DNA from: Gnetum montanum
Lineage: Eukaryota > Plantae > Gnetophyta
DNA: 64,000 nucleotides
Reading direction: 5' to 3'
Assembly (NCBI GenBank): GCA_015680685.1
Contig: MNCI01002657.1
Span: 1-64,000, forward strand
Position 1 is the first letter of the stretch. Every line of letters begins with the position of its first letter. The notes beneath the pieces were generated by a model that saw only the letters and a program-made list of their open reading frames with translations, had not been told where the DNA came from and made no database searches. The position numbers and the translations under genes were made by a program. Positions 1-13,849 of the stretch are shown piece by piece.

Positions 1-233
1 CGCTATGCAAGGAGCAGAATTGATAATGCACTTACGAATGAACAATAGAAGGCGCAATCTAGGCATTGGCAGCAACAAGACTCTTCTCTCTTCTTCTCTT
101 CTATTCTCTCTCCTCTTTTCTCTCAGCTGCCAAATGTGGCCTGATGTCATTGTAATAAGGTGTTCACCCTTGCCGTCATGAACACCAGTTTTGTCAAGTC
201 TTGTAATAAAGACTGTTCACATGTCATCCCATT

Positions 234-1120
234 NNNNNNNNNNNNNNNNNNNNNNNNNNNNNNNNNNNNNNNNNNNNNNNNNNNNNNNNNNNNNNNNNNN
301 NNNNNNNNNNNNNNNNNNNNNNNNNNNNNNNNNNNNNNNNNNNNNNNNNNNNNNNNNNNNNNNNNNNNNNNNNNNNNNNNNNNNNNNNNNNNNNNNNNNN
401 NNNNNNNNNNNNNNNNNNNNNNNNNNNNNNNNNNNNNNNNNNNNNNNNNNNNNNNNNNNNNNNNNNNNNNNNNNNNNNNNNNNNNNNNNNNNNNNNNNNN
501 NNNNNNNNNNNNNNNNNNNNNNNNNNNNNNNNNNNNNNNNNNNNNNNNNNNNNNNNNNNNNNNNNNNNNNNNNNNNNNNNNNNNNNNNNNNNNNNNNNNN
601 NNNNNNNNNNNNNNNNNNNNNNNNNNNNNNNNNNNNNNNNNNNNNNNNNNNNNNNNNNNNNNNNNNNNNNNNNNNNNNNNNNNNNNNNNNNNNNNNNNNN
701 NNNNNNNNNNNNNNNNNNNNNNNNNNNNNNNNNNNNNNNNNNNNNNNNNNNNNNNNNNNNNNNNNNNNNNNNNNNNNNNNNNNNNNNNNNNNNNNNNNNN
801 NNNNNNNNNNNNNNNNNNNNNNNNNNNNNNNNNNNNNNNNNNNNNNNNNNNNNNNNNNNNNNNNNNNNNNNNNNNNNNNNNNNNNNNNNNNNNNNNNNNN
901 NNNNNNNNNNNNNNNNNNNNNNNNNNNNNNNNNNNNNNNNNNNNNNNNNNNNNNNNNNNNNNNNNNNNNNNNNNNNNNNNNNNNNNNNNNNNNNNNNNNN
1001 NNNNNNNNNNNNNNNNNNNNNNNNNNNNNNNNNNNNNNNNNNNNNNNNNNNNNNNNNNNNNNNNNNNNNNNNNNNNNNNNNNNNNNNNNNNNNNNNNNNN
1101 NNNNNNNNNNNNNNNNNNNN
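234..1120. other. Assembly gap (887 N)
   Basis: Run of N. The four long ORFs spanning it are artefacts. Confidence 0.99.
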
Positions 1121-1199
1121 GGAGTTCGACTGGATCGCGCGTGCACGCTCGTATTCATATGGTTGAGTGTACGGGTACCTCGCCACTCATCAATTATGA

Positions 1200-4100
1200 A
1201 TAGTGTACTAAAAGCCATGGATCTGGCAAATGTTAGTATCCATCATTGGCCACCATAGTAGGGATCTCAACCACTAACACCTATGGAGTGCATGATGGAA
1301 AATATATGAGAGACCCTTGCACTAAAAGTACCATTAGGCATAATAGATGTCTATGGAAAAGAAAATGGGAAGATAAGAAAAAAGAGAAGTAAATTAAGGA
1401 ATAACAAACAAAAGTAAAATATCATGAGATAAGTGAAAAAATAAGCAAAGTAAGGAGAATGAAAAAAAATGAAAGGAGGTAGTAAATTGTCAAATTAAAA
1501 TAAGTCAATCTACCAAGTCGAATGTCATATCCTAGCCAAACAGGAAAAATTGAAAAAGTTAGTATCTAAGAAATAATTATCCATCATGAAACACTCTACT
1601 TATGAAAGAAGATCCTTGTGGAATACAAGTAAATGTGAGCCTTGTGCATTGCTCCAACCATAAGGTTCTTGTGGGAGTATGACCTTGCTCATGACTAAAG
1701 GTGCTTGTGCGATCTTATATAATTTTTTTAAAATAAAATTGAAATTCATGGTAAGTCTTGGTTCAATCATGAGGTTCTTGTGGGCAAATAGTTTTGAAGA
1801 AAATAGATATGATGATGGCTATCTTAGAAACTGATGACATTTCTCATGCTACAACACTTATATGGCTAGTCCAAACATGACATATCCTTTTCTTCATATT
1901 GAAATATTAAAAAGGTAATTACAATCATGAATACTTTAAATCAAACTTGGCAATTATCCCAATGTTTCATGAAAGTAGGAAAAATAAAAAAAAATGTTGC
2001 AAAAAAAATTATTCTAAGGCTCACCCCTAGATGGATTTTGGGTTTAAACCTTCCTATCTCAAGGTAGGAAGAGTTTTTCTTCTCCTTTTCATTCCAAACA
2101 TATGCTAATGAATTATTTTAGAGTCTCAACTAACAATAGAGGATACCACTATCCTCAACAATTTTTAAGGTAAAAATTGTAAACTAAAATACATTATTTA
2201 TTAAATTATAATATTACATAAGGGTCTTGCTAAAGGTTAATATGAAAAGCTAGGACTTCTAATGGATTTTTGTCATTAATTTCATCATCATTGGGATAAG
2301 TTGGGTTACTTAGCTCAACTAATTCATCTTCTTCAAGTTGCTCAATGAAATGTTAATAATATAATTTAAGTCATTGTGCATTGACTAGAAATGTAGCTAA
2401 GGAATCATCAATTGGTAAAATTAGAGTAGTTTCATTAGCATTGGGTTACACTACTAGACATGGGCCTTTCCATCTAGTTGTTAACTTGCCTAGAAATTCA
2501 TGTAATTTCATATTATACAAAGAACTTTATCACCTAAGGAAAAGTATTTCTTGAAAATTCATGCTTTAATGGTTACATGTTTTTATTATTCATAGGCCTC
2601 AGGTGTTGACGGTGATGGCTTTAGGAATGATGTTAACAATGGTTCTTCATGGCTCAATTTTGTCCACTAATGGACATGTTGTATTTTGTTATTTTTGTTG
2701 CATCATTGTTGCATCTATGTTTATTTGGCTATAATGGCCATAGAGACAATGTCTTATTATAATTTTGTTGTTGTTTTTGTATGTTGCACTATGTAACTAT
2801 GGCTATTGATATTTATTTTTTGATTTTATTTTTTGCTATTATCACATAGTGTGAATATGGCTATTTTCTTGGTTTTGAATTTCAATGTTTCATATTTTTT
2901 TCTTCAAATTTAAGTAATATAAGAAGGCCATGAGCTAAGGAAAAAATGAAAGGCAAGGTCACAACATAAAACTAATTCAATAAAATCATGAAAGAAAGGC
3001 ATAAATCTTAAAGTAAAACTATAAACCTCACTATAAGGTAAACATGGCATAATGCATAAAAAATGAAAAGAATAGGTAGCTACCTATTTATTAGTTTTAG
3101 GCGTTGGTGGGCCATTATCTAGCTAGTTTTGAACCTTGACGAGCCATCATCTTGACAATTTTAGGCCTTGGAAAGCCATGATTACATTTTTCTAACAAGT
3201 GTGGAATAGCTTCAAAAGATCATATAAGGATAAAAAAAACAATGAAACATGATATAAAGTTGTGAAGGTAAACAAACAACCATTAAGAAAAGAATGAATA
3301 AGATGCTTAAAATGAATTTGTTGCTTGATCTTTGATAGATCTAGGAGCTTTTTTTGTTCAATCCTAGTTTCATGATTCTTCCCATTTGATATGGAAATTG
3401 GTAGGTGCTTTTTTTGACCATTTAAAATTTTAGAGTTGGAATTGTTAATATTTTCATTATATTATTGATTTCACTAGCCTCAGCTTGAGTTTTGGGAGTT
3501 TCCTCCTAAAAATTCATCTTTGAACCTTGATCAATGTTGACATTGTTGATAGATGATAGAAACATTTTGTTCACATGAATGAAAATTTTACTACCCTCAT
3601 ATGGCAAGTAAATATCCTGGTGTATAGGAGATGAGACTAACCAAAGCTAGGCCAACCATGGACTTCCTAGGATCAAGTTGAAATTGAATGCCTCTTCGAC
3701 TACTAGGAAATTAAAAAACATAGGAAATCATTCTTTGGCTACAAAGTCCAAGATGATAGAACCTCATACTACTACTCATGACCCATTGAATGAATTAAGT
3801 ATAGAGGTAGAGGTTTCTTAAGTATTTTTGGTTAATCTTACTTTCTCAACAATAGTGTATGGTATCATGTTGGTCATCGCCTTGTCATCTACATCAACAT
3901 AATGAACCTTATACCTATCGACATGTATGGTAATGAGGAAAGGAGTAGATAATACGCCTCTATTTCAAGAGTCAATGTTCACCTCACTATCATGAACTTT
4001 GAGCCTTGGTTGATGCTTGTTTCCCCCAAGTGATGCTTGCTCAATGATAGAGTGGATGAACTCTTTATTAGCAGGCATGTCTTCACTCATAGGAAGAGTA

Positions 4101-5430
4101 ATCAACACTTTATCTAATGCATCCCTCTAAGCAGAGAAGTCATAACTAGGTCATATAAGTTCAAAAATGTGTTCTTTTAATTGAGTTATCATTTTGTTTA
4201 TTCCATTGTTGTGATAAAATTCTTTCCCTTGGCATGTGATCTTTCAGCCTTGGTATCTTGATTTCCTCCATTCTTCCTAAAGTCTTTGGCTTAGGTTTCA
4301 ATGTATGTACCTTGGGCACCTTTTCCATGGGTGTAGATAGTCTTGGTGTAGGTCTTGGCTAGTCAACTTATTTCCAAAACTTTTTTTATTATCAATCTTG
4401 AGTGGACTCAATTGTTAGTTTAGTAATAGGTTATTTTCATCATTGTTGTTATGGTGATCTCTTATTAATTGTTGAGTTATTCTCCACTAAAGTTACGATT
4501 TGGTCATGGGTTATCATAGGTTTTCGTATGGATGGTAGAGGAACCCTAATAACAAAATATTTCCTCCCCTTAGAGGGTTTGTAATGCTTCATTTGGGTTA
4601 TGGTGTTGATGTTATTGAAGGTGAAACTCATATGATGAAAGGTTTCTTAGGAGATGGAGGCGATGATACCGTAAAGGTGAAGGGGATTTTAGGCTTTATG
4701 TTCTAAGGCTGCGTACTAGCTAATGGGATCTTGATGACAAATGATTCTCTAGGAATATTAGATTGTTTGGTTACTATGAATAAGGCAATGGTATAAGAGT
4801 TATTGTTGGTGTTTGAAGAGTTGGGCTCATCCAATTTCAACTATCCATGGTTGATCATCTTCTAGAGGTCATCTTTAAGAACTACATAGAAATTAGTGTC
4901 ATGATTGGCTATTTGATGGTAATGGAAAAACCTATCTATTCTAAAGTACTTTGTTAGTTTCAGATCACCTTTGGTTGCTATTTTTGTATCTCTAGCTATG
5001 TTAAAAAGATGATCAAGCCTCTTACAAGCTTCCTCAGATAGTTTCTTATGTTGTATATGATTATCTTTAAGAAACTATTATAAAATATTAGAGGGCTTCA
5101 TAGGAAACCTAGTGTACTTATTCTATCCTTTTTCCCAAAGTCTGGTCTTTGTTAATTAGGAGTGTAGAAGGTAAATAGTTGTGATGAGTCAGAAGATGTG
5201 TTGTGTGGTAATGATCTCTACCTTTCCACTTGTCTTGACTCTTTTGTTACTACTAGCACAATTTTTTCTTACTTACTTATCTTCCTATCTCTTGTCACAT
5301 GTTTGTTTTTATAGGCTACATAGGCTAGATCATTATTGGCCTTAACCACCTTCTCGATGTTCTTAGTTTACAAAAAGGTTTAGCTGAATGATTAGAGCTC
5401 TAAGTAGTAGATGTAATGCCTAAGAAATTT
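1200..5430 (-). mobile_element. Tat/Ogre-like Gypsy internal region (gag C-terminus, protease, 3' region), decayed
   Basis: 3090-4130 is homologous to 12620-13850, and 3400-5420 matches the reverse complement of ~34740-36850. About three 32-bp units lie at 3090-3180. Confidence 0.75.
3400..5420 (-). pseudogene. gag-protease remnant (Tat/Ogre-like)
   Basis: Minus translation near 4860-4950 gives KYFRIDRFFHYHQIANHDTNFYVVLKDDL, a decayed CxYHxxxGHx4C knuckle. Near 3890-3950 it gives PFLITIHVDRYKVHYVDVDD, the protease active-site region. Many stops. Confidence 0.75.
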
Positions 5431-7162
5431 GGTTGCTAGAAAATCAAAAATTCTAGGTGAAATATCCTAACCTTGGATCCTAAGGGCCTCTGAGAAAGGG
5501 GATTCAAGGTGCCCTAGATGATCTTGTCGATCACCCAAGGACTTTGGAAGTGTTAACAATGCAATATAATTTGACAGAGAATGCAAATCTAATATAACAA
5601 AAAGCATAAAATTTAAACTTAGAATGAACTTGCACAAAAAATGAACTATTGATTTTTATTAAAATAACAAAAAATATTACAAGAGAAGAGTTTCAAGATA
5701 TACAAGTGTGTAACTAAATGCACAAGGAGTTTCTTGAATGGTGCTTAAAGTCTAGTGAAATTGGTAGTTCATGTTACCAATCGGTTTCACGATCTAGGTG
5801 CTTTCAAGCTCCAACTTTTGAAACTCCTTATTAGTTCTTAGATGTGGATCTATTATGTTGATGAATAGGGGATAAGGTTTTTGCAACATTGGTGCAAGTG
5901 ACAATAAGATTCATGCAACATTTATTGCAAAGGAGGTAAGGTTTATGCATAGGGGATAAGGGCATAAGGTATGTGTTTGAATTTTTTGTATTGGGCATTG
6001 CAATGAGAGTCTTCAAAGCTATGCCAATTGCCAATTTTTCAAAAACTCTTATAAATGATAATGGTTAAAAGTGCTTAAGTTTGAAAAAGGTTTTCCAATA
6101 TCCCCCTCCCCAAGAACCTATTTAATGTGTTCAAAATCTTTATTTATAGGCCATAAGGTTACTGGTTCTTAGGTTGCAAATTTCTACCATTATTGCTAAC
6201 AGATTGAGGCAATGTGGAAGTGTGATAGGCCTTTAATTCCAATGTGATTTTTCATTATGGTAAGATTTGATATCTCCAAGCCACCAAAACCATGCTGGAT
6301 ATCATAAATAGTAAACGTACATTTCTAGCTATGATCGCTTCACCCACCAACACTATTCTTATAGCATCCATGCTAGAATTATTGGATTAATGCTGAAATT
6401 ATTGAGAGAGAAAAATCCCCAACCACTCCAACATTGGCTTTGTAGAGAAATATTGAAGGTTGTGGAAGCTATGCTAGAAACTAATATGAAAATGAAAACC
6501 AAAACCTGCCAACACTAGCCTTTGTAAAAAAGTAGAAACCCATAACTCCAACGCAGGCTTTGTGGCATCCATACTAAAGATCATGGCAACTATGTTCACC
6601 ATTGCTAGGAAAGTGAAAATCCAAATCTCTCCATTTTTGATTTGTGGCATACATGCTAGAACAATTGGAAACTATGTTGGCCTTGTGAAACCACATTGGC
6701 ATTGTGGCATCCACACTAGGACCAAGCTGGAACTAAGCTGGCTAAGTAGGAAGCCAGATGCAAGTTGGGTGTAGGTGGTTTTAATGTAGTTGAGGTTATG
6801 ATCCATGAAAAATCCTTTAAAATGCCAAATTTGGTAGTCCAAAAGGAATTTTTAACCTTTCCAAGCCCAAATATAGACATGACATGACTTTTTTGACTTG
6901 GGAAGTAAGGCTACAACAATTTATTAGGCATTTTTTAGCCCCAAAAGTTCAGGTATGTGAGATTGCACGTCATCTATTGCAAACCTCATATTTTTACAAC
7001 ACAATTCTAGCCTTGGTTTTGATGGTAAAGGTTACAATGCTAAAGGATTACAACATAAATTTTCTTAGTGGTGTTTCATTGGTTCCTCTTTGTCAATGTT
7101 TGGAGGATTGACCCGAGAGACATCAACAAAGAATACAAAACACCACTATAGGTCCATCACCA
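5430..7162 (-). repeat. LTR of Tat-like family
   Basis: Ends are colinear with 29390-30596 (gatgatcttgt.gatcacc.aaggactt; gacatcaacaaa...actatagg). The left end matches the reverse complement of 32590-32700. A pyrimidine-rich PPT-like tract (atgtttcctc) follows the right end. Confidence 0.6.
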
Positions 7163-10100
7163 ATGTTTCCTCTTTGTGCTTGATTCTATAGTGTTGAACC
7201 ATATCAAAGAGTGCTTTTCATGATGAGATAATTTTATGGTAACATGATAGAGGTTTAAGACTATATTTAATCATGAGGAAATGATCACATAGTTAACAAT
7301 GAGTTTCAAATGTTGGCATCATGATTATGGTTATGATGATGACATTCTAGCTAATTTATAGAGTCTTTATGCTTCATGTTTTGAAGTGTTGGTCCCTCAA
7401 TAATATTTTTGAGAAAAAACACCCCACTCCAAGGTTTCTTTCGCATTTGCCTCCTTTACTAGTTTGGAGCCATTGATTTGTCTTTTGATCTTCATCAGCC
7501 TTTTGGGTTCTTAGCAATTTACTTCTTCATTTTTTCTTTTTCTTCATTTTTAGGATGAAACCTCCATTGGGTTTAATTATCAAGGAAATGTTTGATTTGG
7601 CTTTCCCATTGAATGATATGTGTTACATTCAATATACTTAATGGTGGAGCATGATGAGAGAACATCACATAGCCATAATGCATGAGTGTCAAACATAGGT
7701 CATCCTTGTTATTTAGGGTAATGAAGGTTAAAATTAGGATATGGGACTAGGATTAAGGAATATTAATGGAAATAATGTTGAAACAAGTAGTCTTAGTATG
7801 GAAGGACAAGCTAACCAATTTTTGTGCATCAAGGTCAAGTGGTAACTTGTTGATACAATGAGTTGCTTCCTTGTGATGACTTTAGGTTTCATCCTGCAAG
7901 CATAACTCCAAGAGAACAAGAAAATAAGTCAAAGAAAAAATGTTGTTACAAGATAATGGATAGGGCCACATGAGATAACTATCCAACAAGACCATACTAG
8001 GTCACCATTTCTAAACCATAGGAGGATCTATGTAACGTGCATCAAATTTACAAAGTACTAAAGTTCATTCATTGTGCAAAATGAGGAGATAAAGAGAAAG
8101 AGAAATCATGTGCAAGCTTGCCTATTATATACCATTAGAGTCATCAACATTTGTTATTCATTGTAACTTTTCAACAATGGTAAAGAACACATTATGATAT
8201 TAGATGGGAACTTCCTCCGTGATAGTTCTGGCTTCAAGGTTAATGATGATAAGGCTACTTTAGGATGTTAATGTTGTATGATAGAATGGTCTTCAGGCTT
8301 ATTGCTTAGATATTTTAGGTTAACTTGGTCTAATGACATCATGATAGGGGTCCATGTAGGCTTTAAGGGTCAAATTTGCTCCCTTATCCTCCTAGCCCAA
8401 TCCTACATGAAAACATAAGCACTTCAAGTGGCACCTGTGTAATAAAATTGTTAAAATAATGTAAAATAATTTATCAATTATGCATGGATAGCCAAACATG
8501 TTACATCAATGGCTGAATAAAGTTCAAACAAGGTCACTAAAGATTATAAGAGGTAGGATAAAACAAATTGTGTGAAACAAAGGCTAAATAATGTGAAATA
8601 AGGTATAAGGAAGGCCAAATGATGGTAGAATGGAGCCAAATGAAGGAAAAATGATGGTAAAACTCCATTCAACAATGTCAATCAAGGTTACACTATGGTC
8701 AACAAGGATCATAAGGGATAGGATAAGGTATATGGGGTAAACCAAAGGCCAATTAACATGGGACAAAGCTAAATGATGATCAAATGGAGTCCAAATGGGT
8801 GTCAAATCCCACCCAATGATGTTAAAAATGGTTAGGCAAGGTTACAGTAATTTCCAATGCTATAAATTATTGTCAAACCAAGTTCTCCAAGGCCAAATGA
8901 TGTCAAATGATAGTAACATTTGATGGAACAAGGATCAAATGATAAGGAAATGATGAAAATGAAGCCAAATGACATCAAATGATAGGGCAACAAAGGTCAA
9001 TGGTGCGTGATAGGGTCAAACTAATTCAAAACATAATGAGACAAGGCCAAATTAATCAAAGTGGGAAATAAGGGGTAAAACATGATCAGTAGTAGTCAAA
9101 CAATGTTAGATTTTACTAATTTTAGGCCTTAGTGGATCATGACATGAAGCTATAGAATTGATGGGGGAGTTTGGACACTTGGGGAGGCCATTTTAAGGCT
9201 GTTAGAAGGCTAAAATGAAAACCCAATTTCCAACTATGTTGGACCCATGTTGGATCCACACTGGCTAGCATGGATGGGATAAGCTCTAGCATGGAAAATG
9301 TTAAACATTTAGTTTCATGGTTTTTATGGCTAATTTTTCATCCTAATGGTCTATATTGCCAATGTAGTGGGCTAGGAGTGAAGTTTGATTAATTTTGATG
9401 TTGATTTGACTCTTTGGAAGCCACAAATGCCATCATGAACTGCTATCTATAGTAGGACTACATTGGGCAGCATCACCCCAGTGTGGTTCCATGAGAAAAA
9501 TAGGTTTGTGGCATTTCAAGGTCAAAATTTATGCTCTAGTAACTTCCTAAGCTAGTAGTGGAGCATCATGGTTGGAAATCAGTTGTTTGAAGACTAAAAC
9601 AGGCTCATGGAAGTGAGGTTTGGAACCATACCATCCTAGACTACACTAGCTAGCATAGTTGGGGGTGTCCTCAGCATGGATGAATTAAAAATGAGTTTTT
9701 GATGGTTAAAATAGGATGAAATTGTAGTAGAAATTAAGCTTTCAAGATTCCAAGCTTCCCTAGTTAAGTTTTGGGCCATTTAAAGTGAGGTAATGCTAGT
9801 AAAACCCTCTTGGAATTCAAACTACATTGGAGCCACACTGGCCAGCATGGCTTTATCCCTCCCAAGTGTAGTTACATTTGGATCTTGGATTTTCATGAGT
9901 TCTAGTGGCCAACTGACCAAGTTTTTGAATTCCCAAGGTTTCTAGTATTCATGGCTAGGATTTAGGCTCAAAATGTTTCAATTATAATGGTTGTTTTGGC
10001 CTTGATATGGTCATCCCTCATGGACTACATTTGACAACATAGTCCTAGTGTGGGTTGGAAGGAAATGATGGATTTTTACCATTTTTTATGATCTCTGAAT

Positions 10101-10764
10101 GCTATGGTGGGGTTATGGGATTAGGATGATGCACCCAGAGGATAATTTGGCTTGTTTATTACCTATTTTTGAGTATTCATAAAGGAGCCATGATGGGAAT
10201 ATGCTAGCCAACATAGTCCTAGGTCTCTTAAATGTGGTCCCAAGGTTGGAGTTGGTTTTTGCTTAGTTTTTAGGAATTTTAGGGTTACTGGGGATCTCAA
10301 AAAGATGTGAAGACTGGGATATGTCATTTTGAGGGGGGTTTTTTTTAGAATTTGATGGTCAAACCTCAACTAAACATACTAGGACTATGCTAACTAGTGT
10401 AGTTGGTGTGTCCCCCCAACATTGTTCCAAGGTTAGGATGAGGTTTTAACTAATCTTGTTTGGTTATTTGACATTTTAGGTTGACTAGAAATTTTAGAAA
10501 GGTTTAAAGGTCAAGAAATATAACTTTGAAGGTTATATATGGAATTTTATGATCAAAACCCTACCAACCACATTAGGACTACACTAACTAGCCTGGTTGG
10601 GGTGCCCCCAATTGTGGTTCATCCAAGACTAGTGATTTTTGACACTTTTTGTTGCATTTTGAAAGGTTATGAAGCTACCAGAGGCTCCAACTAGGGTTTC
10701 AAGCTTGAAATGATCATTCGAGAGTTGATTGGAAATTTGGTTAATGTTTGGAACTGCCATCCCC

Positions 10765-12075
10765 CTTGGAACTATGCTAGCTTGTGTAGTTGTGAAGAAA
10801 TAATTTAGAAGGCCAATTGACTAAGTTTTTAGGTCCCTGGTGATGTTGGTGCCTATGGCTATAGTCCAAGCTTAAAATTGATAATCCCAAAGGTCATTAG
10901 AACCTTTTTTTATCACTTTTTCTTAGAGCTATGCTAGCCAGTGTAGTTCTAGGGTAGTTGTGAAGAAATCTTGATGTTCAGATAATCTAAAAGGTTAATC
11001 AACTAAGCTTTTGGGCCTTTGGGGCTGCAAGTGCCTATGGCTATGGTCTAGGCTTAAAATTATTGATCCTAGAGGTCATTGAAATATTTTTTTGTCATTT
11101 TTCCTTAGAGCTACATTGGCCAACATAGTTCTAGTATAGTTGTAAAGAAATCTTAATTTCTGACCAATCTATAAGGCCAATCAACTATTTTTTGGGTTCC
11201 CAAGGTTACTAGTGCCTATGGCTATGGTCTAGGTTTAAAATTATTAACCCCAGAGATTAATGGAACCTTGTTTTTGCCACGTTTTCTCAAAGCTATGTTG
11301 GAAAGTGTAGTTCCACTATATTTGTGAAGAAATCTTGATTTCTAAATAACCTAGAAGGCCAATTTGCTAAGTTTTGGGCCTCTAAGGCTTCAGGTGCCTA
11401 TAGTTATTGTCCATGCTTAAAAATATTAATCCCAAAGGTCATTGGGACCTTGTTTTTTTCATGTTTCCATAGAGATATGCTAGCTAGCATAGTTCCAAAG
11501 TATTTATAAAGAAATCTTAATTTCTAGGCAATCTAGAAGGCCAATTTTCTAAGTTTTTGGGCCTCTGAGGCTTCTAGTGACTATGGCTATGGTCCATGCT
11601 TAAAAATATTGACCCCAAAGGTCATTGGAACCTTGTTTTTGCCACTTTTACTTAGAGATATGGTAGCTAGCATAGTTTCAAAGTATTTATAAAGAAATAT
11701 TGATTTCTAGGCAATCTAGAAGGCCAATTGACTAGGTTTTGGGCCCCTAGGGCTACTTGTGCCTATGGCTATGGTCTAGGATTAAAATTGTTGATCCTAG
11801 AGGTCATTGGAACCTTTTTTTCCACCTTTTATCATATCTAAACTATTGAGCATAGTTCTAGCATAGTTGTGAAGAAATCTTAATTTCTAGGCAATCTAAA
11901 AGGCTAATTAGCTAAGTTTTGTGGCCCCTTGGGCTATTGGTGTCCATGGTTATGGTCCACACTTAAAATTATTCATCCCGAAGGTCATTGGAACCTTGGT
12001 TTTACCACTTTTTATCATATCTATGTTGGCCACCATATTATTGGGTGCCTCTAGTATAGTTATGAAGAAAATGAT
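10765..12075. repeat. ~182-bp tandem repeat, ~7 copies
   Basis: The anchor agaaggccaatt recurs at ~10807, 10989, 11171, 11353, 11535, 11718 and 11898. Confidence 0.92.
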
Positions 12076-12619
12076 TGATTTCAACCATTTTAAATTATTT
12101 TTTAGGGTTTGGTTACTATCAATGAATTTGGAAAGGGTAAGACTAGGTGTGATCATTTTGAGGTCAATCAAAGGCCTGGTTGATGTAAACCATCTCCACC
12201 TTTGATAAAACTATGCTAGCTAGTGTAGTTTTAACTTTGTCCAATGTAGTTTTTCAAAGATGGTGTTATTTTCATATGAGTTTTTAGTCATTTTAGCACT
12301 CAGGATCCTCTGATAAGAATTTATTAGCTTTCATGAGTTAAGGATGGATGGCTATGAGGTGTTTTTTTATTATGGTTGATGCTTGCAACCCATTCTAAGG
12401 CTTGTTTTAATATTAATCATAGCATAATTTTTGTAAGAATGTATCAATCCCATTGTATTGGGATTTTTATTGGTTTGTATACTAATGCTACATTGGTTAA
12501 AATGCAAGTACATAAGGCATCAATTGGTAAAATATAAATGTAAGACCATCAAGAAAAACAAAATGAAAGATATGGTAATATAAAGATAAGAAAGAGAAAA
12601 GAGTTACAAATGCCTTGTC

Positions 12620-12925
12620 AATTTAAGGCCTTGGCAAGTAATGTTGTTGCTAGTTTAGTTCATGGTGGGTCATAATAGTGCTAGTTTTAGGCCTTACTAG
12701 GCCATGGTGTTGCCAATTTTAGGCCTTAGTTCACTGCAAAATTGCAAATTTTAGGCCTTAGTGGGCTACAAAATTGCCAAATTTGGGCCTTAGTGGAGCA
12801 TGGTGTTGCTATTTTTATGCCTCAGTGGGCTATGAAATTGCTAGATTTGGGCCTTAGTGGACCATGGTGTTGCTAGTTTTAGGCCTTAGAAGTTTGTAAT
12901 ATTGCTAGTTTTAGGCCTTGAAGGA
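12620..12925. repeat. 32-bp tandem repeat, ~10 copies
   Basis: The ggcctt anchor recurs at 12627, 12690, 12722, 12754, 12786, 12818, 12850, 12882 and 12914. Consensus is approximately tgctagttttaggccttagtggaccatggtgt. Confidence 0.92.
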
Positions 12926-13269
12926 CTGTGGTCCATACCTGCCTAGCAAGTATGGGATAGCATTGAAAAGATGTATAAGGATAAAGCAAACCATGAAACA
13001 TGGTATATGGTTGTAAAGCTAAACAAGGTTACATTAGCAAAGGAAGGGATAATATATCTACAATGCATTTGTTGCTTGACCTTTCATAAATCAAAGGGAT
13101 TTCTTTGTACGATTGCACTCTCATCATGCTTCTTGTTTAACATGGAAATTGGTAGGTGTTTCTATTGATCACTTAATTTCATAGGTTTGGTAACTTTATC
13201 TTCATTGTTGTTATTGTTTTTGGCCCTAGCTTGATGTTTAGGAGTCTCCTCTTGAAACTCCACCTCTAA

Positions 13270-13849
13270 ATCTCAGTCGATGTTGACATAGTGAATCAAA
13301 GGTAGTGACATGTTATATCCATGAATAATAATTTTCCTTACCTCATAGGGCAAGTAAATCTCTTTATGTATAGGAGATGAAACTGCATGAAGCTTAACTA
13401 ACCATGACCTTCCTAGGAGCAAGTTGAAGCTAGGTGTCTCTTCAACTACTAGGAAGTTGGTGGATGTAGGGAATTGTTCACTGGCTACAAAATCAAAGAT
13501 AGAAACTTGCATCACTATTCATAATCCATTAAATAACTTGAGTCTTAAGGTAGTGATTTCTTAGATGTTCTTGGTTAAACCTAGTTTGTCAATAATGAAA
13601 AATGGTTCCACATTAGTTACTACCCCATCATCCACATGAACACGATGAACCTTGTACTTGCCAACATGTATAGTAATGAGGAGAGGAGTGAATACCACTT
13701 CTCCATTTCTATAGTCAATATTCACCTCTATGTAATTAAAGTTGAGTGTGGGTTTGCACCCATTTTCCCTAAGTAAAGCTTGCTCAACAATACAGTGGAT
13801 TGATTCTTTGTTGATAGGAATAGAAGTCAATACTTAAGCTAGTGCATCC
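13270..13849 (-). pseudogene. Gypsy aspartic protease remnant
   Basis: VHVDDG active-site-like motif and LLLGRSWL motif in the ORF track. Confidence 0.85.

Larger units (their letters stand above)
7163..13849 (-). mobile_element. Tat/Ogre-like internal 3' region plus protease, cut at 13850 by a SIRE insertion
   Basis: Protease ORF fragments 13561-13830 (LLITIHVGKYKVHRVHVDDG) and 13273-13515 (SFNLLLGRSWLVKLHAVSSPIH). 7163-7585 matches 30597-31030. Confidence 0.75.

Noticed and set aside
1121-1195. CpG-rich patch unlike the rest of the window
   Set aside because: It is short and abuts the gap, so it is probably low-quality contig-end sequence.
160-1258. Four ORFs of more than 300 aa
   Set aside because: They consist of N-gap translation.
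12620-12925. CRISPR-like short repeats
   Set aside because: The units are contiguous and degenerate with no unique spacers, there are no cas genes, and the context is a plant retroelement.
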